From NCBI RefSeq assembly GCF_001194135.2, contig NC_068984.1, positions 6,925,159-6,962,382 on the forward strand: DNA of 37,224 nt, given 5' to 3'. The stretch is from Octopus bimaculoides (taxonomy: Eukaryota). Below, in pieces: positions 35,544 through 37,224 of this stretch (positions are counted from its first letter, which is position 1; each line of letters opens with the position of its first letter). A model generated the notes under the pieces. It did not search any database and had not been told where the DNA came from. It worked only from the letters and a program-made list of their open reading frames with translations. Made by a program: the position numbers and the translations under genes.

Positions 35544-36122
35544 ATAAATGATACAGCTCACTGCAAAAGACAGCAAGGACGTTGAGTAGTAGTAGTATGG
35601 TTTTTCATTATCGTGTTGTTCTACAATCAAATATATCCGATGGAAAAAAACAAACAAAAAAACAAGAACTCATGCTCTAAAAAAGAACACACACAACTAA
35701 CGAAAACACACCAGTAAATAAACAAACAACTCCCATACTATGACCAATAGAGACAACACCACGACATAACCGCCATTACGACAACATAAACCGCAACAAT
35801 GACACGCTGCGAGATACAATGCAAGAACAATGAGAGGACAAATATTAATCAAATTTCCTTGTAATAGGAGGAAATGAAATAAAGGCATTCTCTACAAAAT
35901 CCCATTTTTATCTTTATTTTAATGGCTCTTTTATTTTCTCGTCCGCTTTAAATATATCTGTAGTGCATTCTTTATAATCTCCCTTCTGTTCTTCCTCGAA
36001 TTTTTGCGACTACATTTCGTCTGGAACACATTTGGGTTGTTCAATCTGATTTCGTTCCTTTTAATATATTTTGTTCGTTCCCTGTTCCTTGTATTTCTAT
36101 GTTTAAATATACGTGTTGTGCG

Positions 36123-36176
<54 letters not shown>

Positions 36177-36999
36177 NNNNNNNNNNNNNNNNNNNNNNNN
36201 NNNNNNNNNNNNNNNNNNNNNNNNNNNNNNNNNNNNNNNNNNNNNNNNNNNNNNNNNNNNNNNNNNNNNNNNNNNNNNNNNNNNNNNNNNNNNNNNNNNN
36301 NNNNNNNNNNNNNNNNNNNNNNNNNNNNNNNNNNNNNNNNNNNNNNNNNNNNNNNNNNNNNNNNNNNNNNNNNNNNNNNNNNNNNNNNNNNNNNNNNNNN
36401 NNNNNNNNNNNNNNNNNNNNNNNNNNNNNNNNNNNNNNNNNNNNNNNNNNNNNNNNNNNNNNNNNNNNNNNNNNNNNNNNNNNNNNNNNNNNNNNNNNNN
36501 NNNNNNNNNNNNNNNNNNNNNNNNNNNNNNNNNNNNNNNNNNNNNNNNNNNNNNNNNNNNNNNNNNNNNNNNNNNNNNNNNNNNNNNNNNNNNNNNNNNN
36601 NNNNNNNNNNNNNNNNNNNNNNNNNNNNNNNNNNNNNNNNNNNNNNNNNNNNNNNNNNNNNNNNNNNNNNNNNNNNNNNNNNNNNNNNNNNNNNNNNNNN
36701 NNNNNNNNNNNNNNNNNNNNNNNNNNNNNNNNNNNNNNNNNNNNNNNNNNNTATATATATATATATATATGTATATACATACATACACATATACGGTATA
36801 TACGTGTGTGCGTGTAATTATTTCTGAATATTTCGCTGTTTCACTTTTATCTAATCTGATTTGATATCTCACTAACGCCTATTTTAACTCTTCTCGCCAG
36901 CTACAAACGTATGCATGCGTATACATGCACACAAACCCACATACATAAGTACATAAAGACATGTGCACACTATCGTACGCTTATATATACATACATACA

Positions 37000-37046
<47 letters not shown>

Positions 37047-37224
37047 GCACACAAACACAGACACACACACTCATATATTCATATACACAGGCGCATACTA
37101 TCGTATGCCTATATGCATGCGAATGTACGAAACGATTTGGTCATGTACTCGTACAATTAGTATAGACTCACATACACATACGTTGGAACTCTTTTAAACA
37201 AAATAATATATATATATATATATA

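Overview
AT-rich animal genomic DNA dense in microsatellites, with 12 N-gaps (994-1003, 2475-2682, 6655-6937, 7990-8265, 13246-13433, 14081-14570, 19856-19865, 21521-21530, 23664-23711, 29063-29490, 31052-31732, 36177-36751). The repeat landscape resembles an octopus/cephalopod genome; this is from recall and not verified. I found no supportable host protein-coding exon, and almost all ORFs in the track are microsatellite or gap artefacts. The window is intergenic or intronic DNA made of several tRNA-derived SINE families, a decayed mariner (DD34D-type) transposase with its right TIR, and two RTE-clade LINE remnants. The main signal is a set of minimal type I hammerhead ribozyme (HHR) motifs (CUGANGA - stem II - GAAA - palindromic stem III - NUH - stem I) read by eye in at least three distinct repeat families. 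Two look intact (549-583 +, 28772-28819 -). One family is a tRNA-headed SINE (Pol III A/B boxes) whose 3' tail carries an HHR and whose insertions begin with an inverted copy of their own 3' end, which is the architecture known from Penelope-like elements (PLEs). This suggests a ribozyme-bearing SINE mobilised by a PLE; that is an inference, and I cannot check whether it has been described. All coordinates were read by hand and element boundaries are approximate.
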